DNA from: Terriglobia bacterium
Lineage (GTDB): Bacteria; Acidobacteriota; Terriglobia; Terriglobales; Acidobacteriaceae
Assembly: GCA_020073645.1 (NCBI GenBank)
Contig: JAIQET010000020.1
Span: forward strand, 457 to 64,456
Direction: 5' to 3'
DNA: 64,000 bases
The translations under genes and the position numbers were made by a program. Shown one piece after another: positions 60,741 to 64,000 of this stretch (position 1 is the stretch's first letter; each line of letters begins with the position of its first letter). The notes beneath the pieces are model-generated. The model was not told where the DNA came from and ran no database searches. It worked only from the letters and a program-made list of their open reading frames with translations.

Positions 60741-62384
60741 ATGAAATACTCTTTGTCGGTTTTGATTGTTGCACTGTTGTGTGCTCTCGGGCTGGCCCAG
60801 GACCATTCAGTCCACAATCAGGCCAAGCCCGTAACCATGATGTCGGGGCTGGGGGACCTTCATCATCCCGTGTCCACCAGCAACCCTGAGGCCCAGCAGT
60901 TCTTCGATCAGGGATTGCGCCTGATCTACGCCTTCAATCATGACGAGGCGGGGCGTTCCTTCCAGCACGCCGCGGATCTCGATCCCAAGCTGGCCATGGC
61001 GTACTGGGGCATCGCCGAAGCCGTGGGACCGAACTACAACGATCCCGCCGGGGCCGAGCGATTCAAGCAAGCACACGAAGCCATCCAGAAGGCCGTGGAC
61101 TTGTCCGGCAACGCCTCACCTGCCGAGAAGGCCTATATCCAGGCCATGGCGAAGCGCTTTCCTGCCGGACCGAATGCTGACCTCCGCAAAGCTGCCGAGG
61201 AGTACCACGACGCCATGCGTGAGGTGATGAAGCAATTCCCAGATGATCTGGATGCGGCGACGCTGTTCGCCGAGTCCGGCATGAACCTGCACCCCTGGGG
61301 CTTGTGGCATCCCGATGGCACGCCCGAGGCCGGGACCGAGGAGATTGCGGCCACGCTGGAATCGGTGATCCGGCGCGACCCCAATCACGTGGGCGCGATT
61401 CATTACTACATCCACACCGTGGAAGCGTCTCCCTCACCGGAGCGCGCGCTGGCCGGGGCAAACCGCCTCGCCGCCCTCATGCCCGCAGCGGGACATATCG
61501 TGCACATGCCCGCGCACGTCTACATCCGCACCGGCGACTACGACGCCGCGGTCAAGACCAACGAAAAAGCCGCAGCAGCAGATGAGGCTTACATCAAGGC
61601 AAGTGGCGCGCAGGGCATCTACCCCATGATGTACTACAGCCACAACCTGCATTTCATCGCCATGTGCTCCGCCATGAACGGCAACTACGACGAGGCGATG
61701 AAAAATGCCGACATGCTTGCCACTCACGTGGGCCCGGCTGTCGCCATGATGCCTCCACTCGAAGGCTTCATGACCATCCCCATGGCGGTGCAGATTCGCT
61801 TCCACCGTTGGGGTGACATCCTGAAAATGCCGGCCCCGGATCCCGCGATGAAAACCGCCACCGTGTTCTGGCATTTCGGACGCGGCATGGCGCTCGCGGG
61901 CACGGGCAAGGCAAGCGACGCTGAGGCGGAGTACAAGATCGTCTCCGAGGCCGAGAAGAACACTCCCGAAGACGTAATCTTTGCCATGCCCATCAACAAC
62001 AAGGCCAAGGACATTATGAAGATCGCCGAGAATGTCCTGGGAGCCAAAATCGCCATGGCGAAGAAAGACAGCGCCGGGGCGATTGCCATGCTGCGCGAGG
62101 CCGTGGCCATCCAAGACACGTTGAAATACGGCGAGCCGCCGGACTGGTTCTTCCCCGTCCGCGAATCACTGGGCGCGGCCCTATTGATGAGCGGCGATGC
62201 CGCTGGCGCGGAGCAGGTCTTCCGGGCCGATCTCGACCGCAACCTCCGCAATCCGCGTTCGCTGTTCGGCCTGCAGCAGGCGCTCAAGGCACAGGGCAAG
62301 ACCTACGACGCCGGATTCGTCGAGAAGCAATTCCAGGCGTCATGGAAGGGCGGGAACACGCTGAAGATGGAAGATCTGGTTTAG
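60741..62384 (+). CDS. secreted TPR-like helical repeat protein, unknown function
   Basis: Signal peptide MKYSLSVLIVALLCALGLAQ, GGAGG upstream, and helical repeats throughout. Confidence 0.75.
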   Translation: MKYSLSVLIVALLCALGLAQDHSVHNQAKPVTMMSGLGDLHHPVSTSNPEAQQFFDQGLRLIYAFNHDEAGRSFQHAADLDPKLAMAYWGIAEAVGPNYNDPAGAERFKQAHEAIQKAVDLSGNASPAEKAYIQAMAKRFPAGPNADLRKAAEEYHDAMREVMKQFPDDLDAATLFAESGMNLHPWGLWHPDGTPEAGTEEIAATLESVIRRDPNHVGAIHYYIHTVEASPSPERALAGANRLAALMPAAGHIVHMPAHVYIRTGDYDAAVKTNEKAAAADEAYIKASGAQGIYPMMYYSHNLHFIAMCSAMNGNYDEAMKNADMLATHVGPAVAMMPPLEGFMTIPMAVQIRFHRWGDILKMPAPDPAMKTATVFWHFGRGMALAGTGKASDAEAEYKIVSEAEKNTPEDVIFAMPINNKAKDIMKIAENVLGAKIAMAKKDSAGAIAMLREAVAIQDTLKYGEPPDWFFPVRESLGAALLMSGDAAGAEQVFRADLDRNLRNPRSLFGLQQALKAQGKTYDAGFVEKQFQASWKGGNTLKMEDLV

Positions 62385-62400
62385 AAGATTTCAGAACCAC

Positions 62401-62430
62401 GGGGCCGGATCACTTCCGGCCCCTTGTTTC
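62401..62430 (+). terminator. Rho-independent terminator
   Basis: GGGGCCGG-ATCACTT-CCGGCCCC followed by TTGTTTC. Confidence 0.75.
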
Positions 62431-62468
62431 ACTCGGCCCGAACCTACGGGCTCAAACCAGACTCTTCC

Positions 62469-64000
<1,532 letters not shown>

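Overview
High-GC (about 60%) bacterial chromosomal segment. The gene content suggests Acidobacteriota, though this is inference only: a CarboxypepD_reg-type TonB-dependent receptor, orphan MacB/FtsX permeases, a Ser/Thr kinase-TPR fusion and many secreted repeat proteins. About 55 protein-coding genes are supported, mostly housekeeping. They include clpB (partial), an APC permease with two FAD oxidoreductases, a CDF transporter, an ATP-dependent DNA ligase and DUF1385-prfA-prmC. Also present are blaI/blaR1-like genes, purF-purL, selB, trmFO, queD-queE-queC, dinG, der, pilT, moeA-moaC-(response regulator)-mog and ligA (partial). I found no rRNA, tRNA, CRISPR array, transposase or integrase. The points most worth a second look are listed here. 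(1) A secreted GloVer-type repeat protein is interrupted by a single in-frame TGA at a Cys-like position, 1 kb upstream of selB on the same strand, so it is either a candidate selenoprotein or a recent pseudogene. (2) A four-helix-bundle (23S-rRNA-IVS-protein family) ORF is enclosed by 35-nt inverted repeats made of tandem heptamers and sits between the DUF1385 gene and prfA. (3) A wider family of heptamer-word hairpins or tracts occupies intergenic spacers, often abutting start or stop codons. (4) Three families of GC-rich tandem-hairpin REP-like elements are present; one copy is inserted in frame inside moeA and one supplies the stop codon of a peptidase gene. (5) A TacT-like GNAT toxin gene has only a divergently encoded DUF1778-like partner. 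(6) purF lacks about 40 codons, including a normally invariant motif. All functional calls come from motif recognition by eye; no database search was run.
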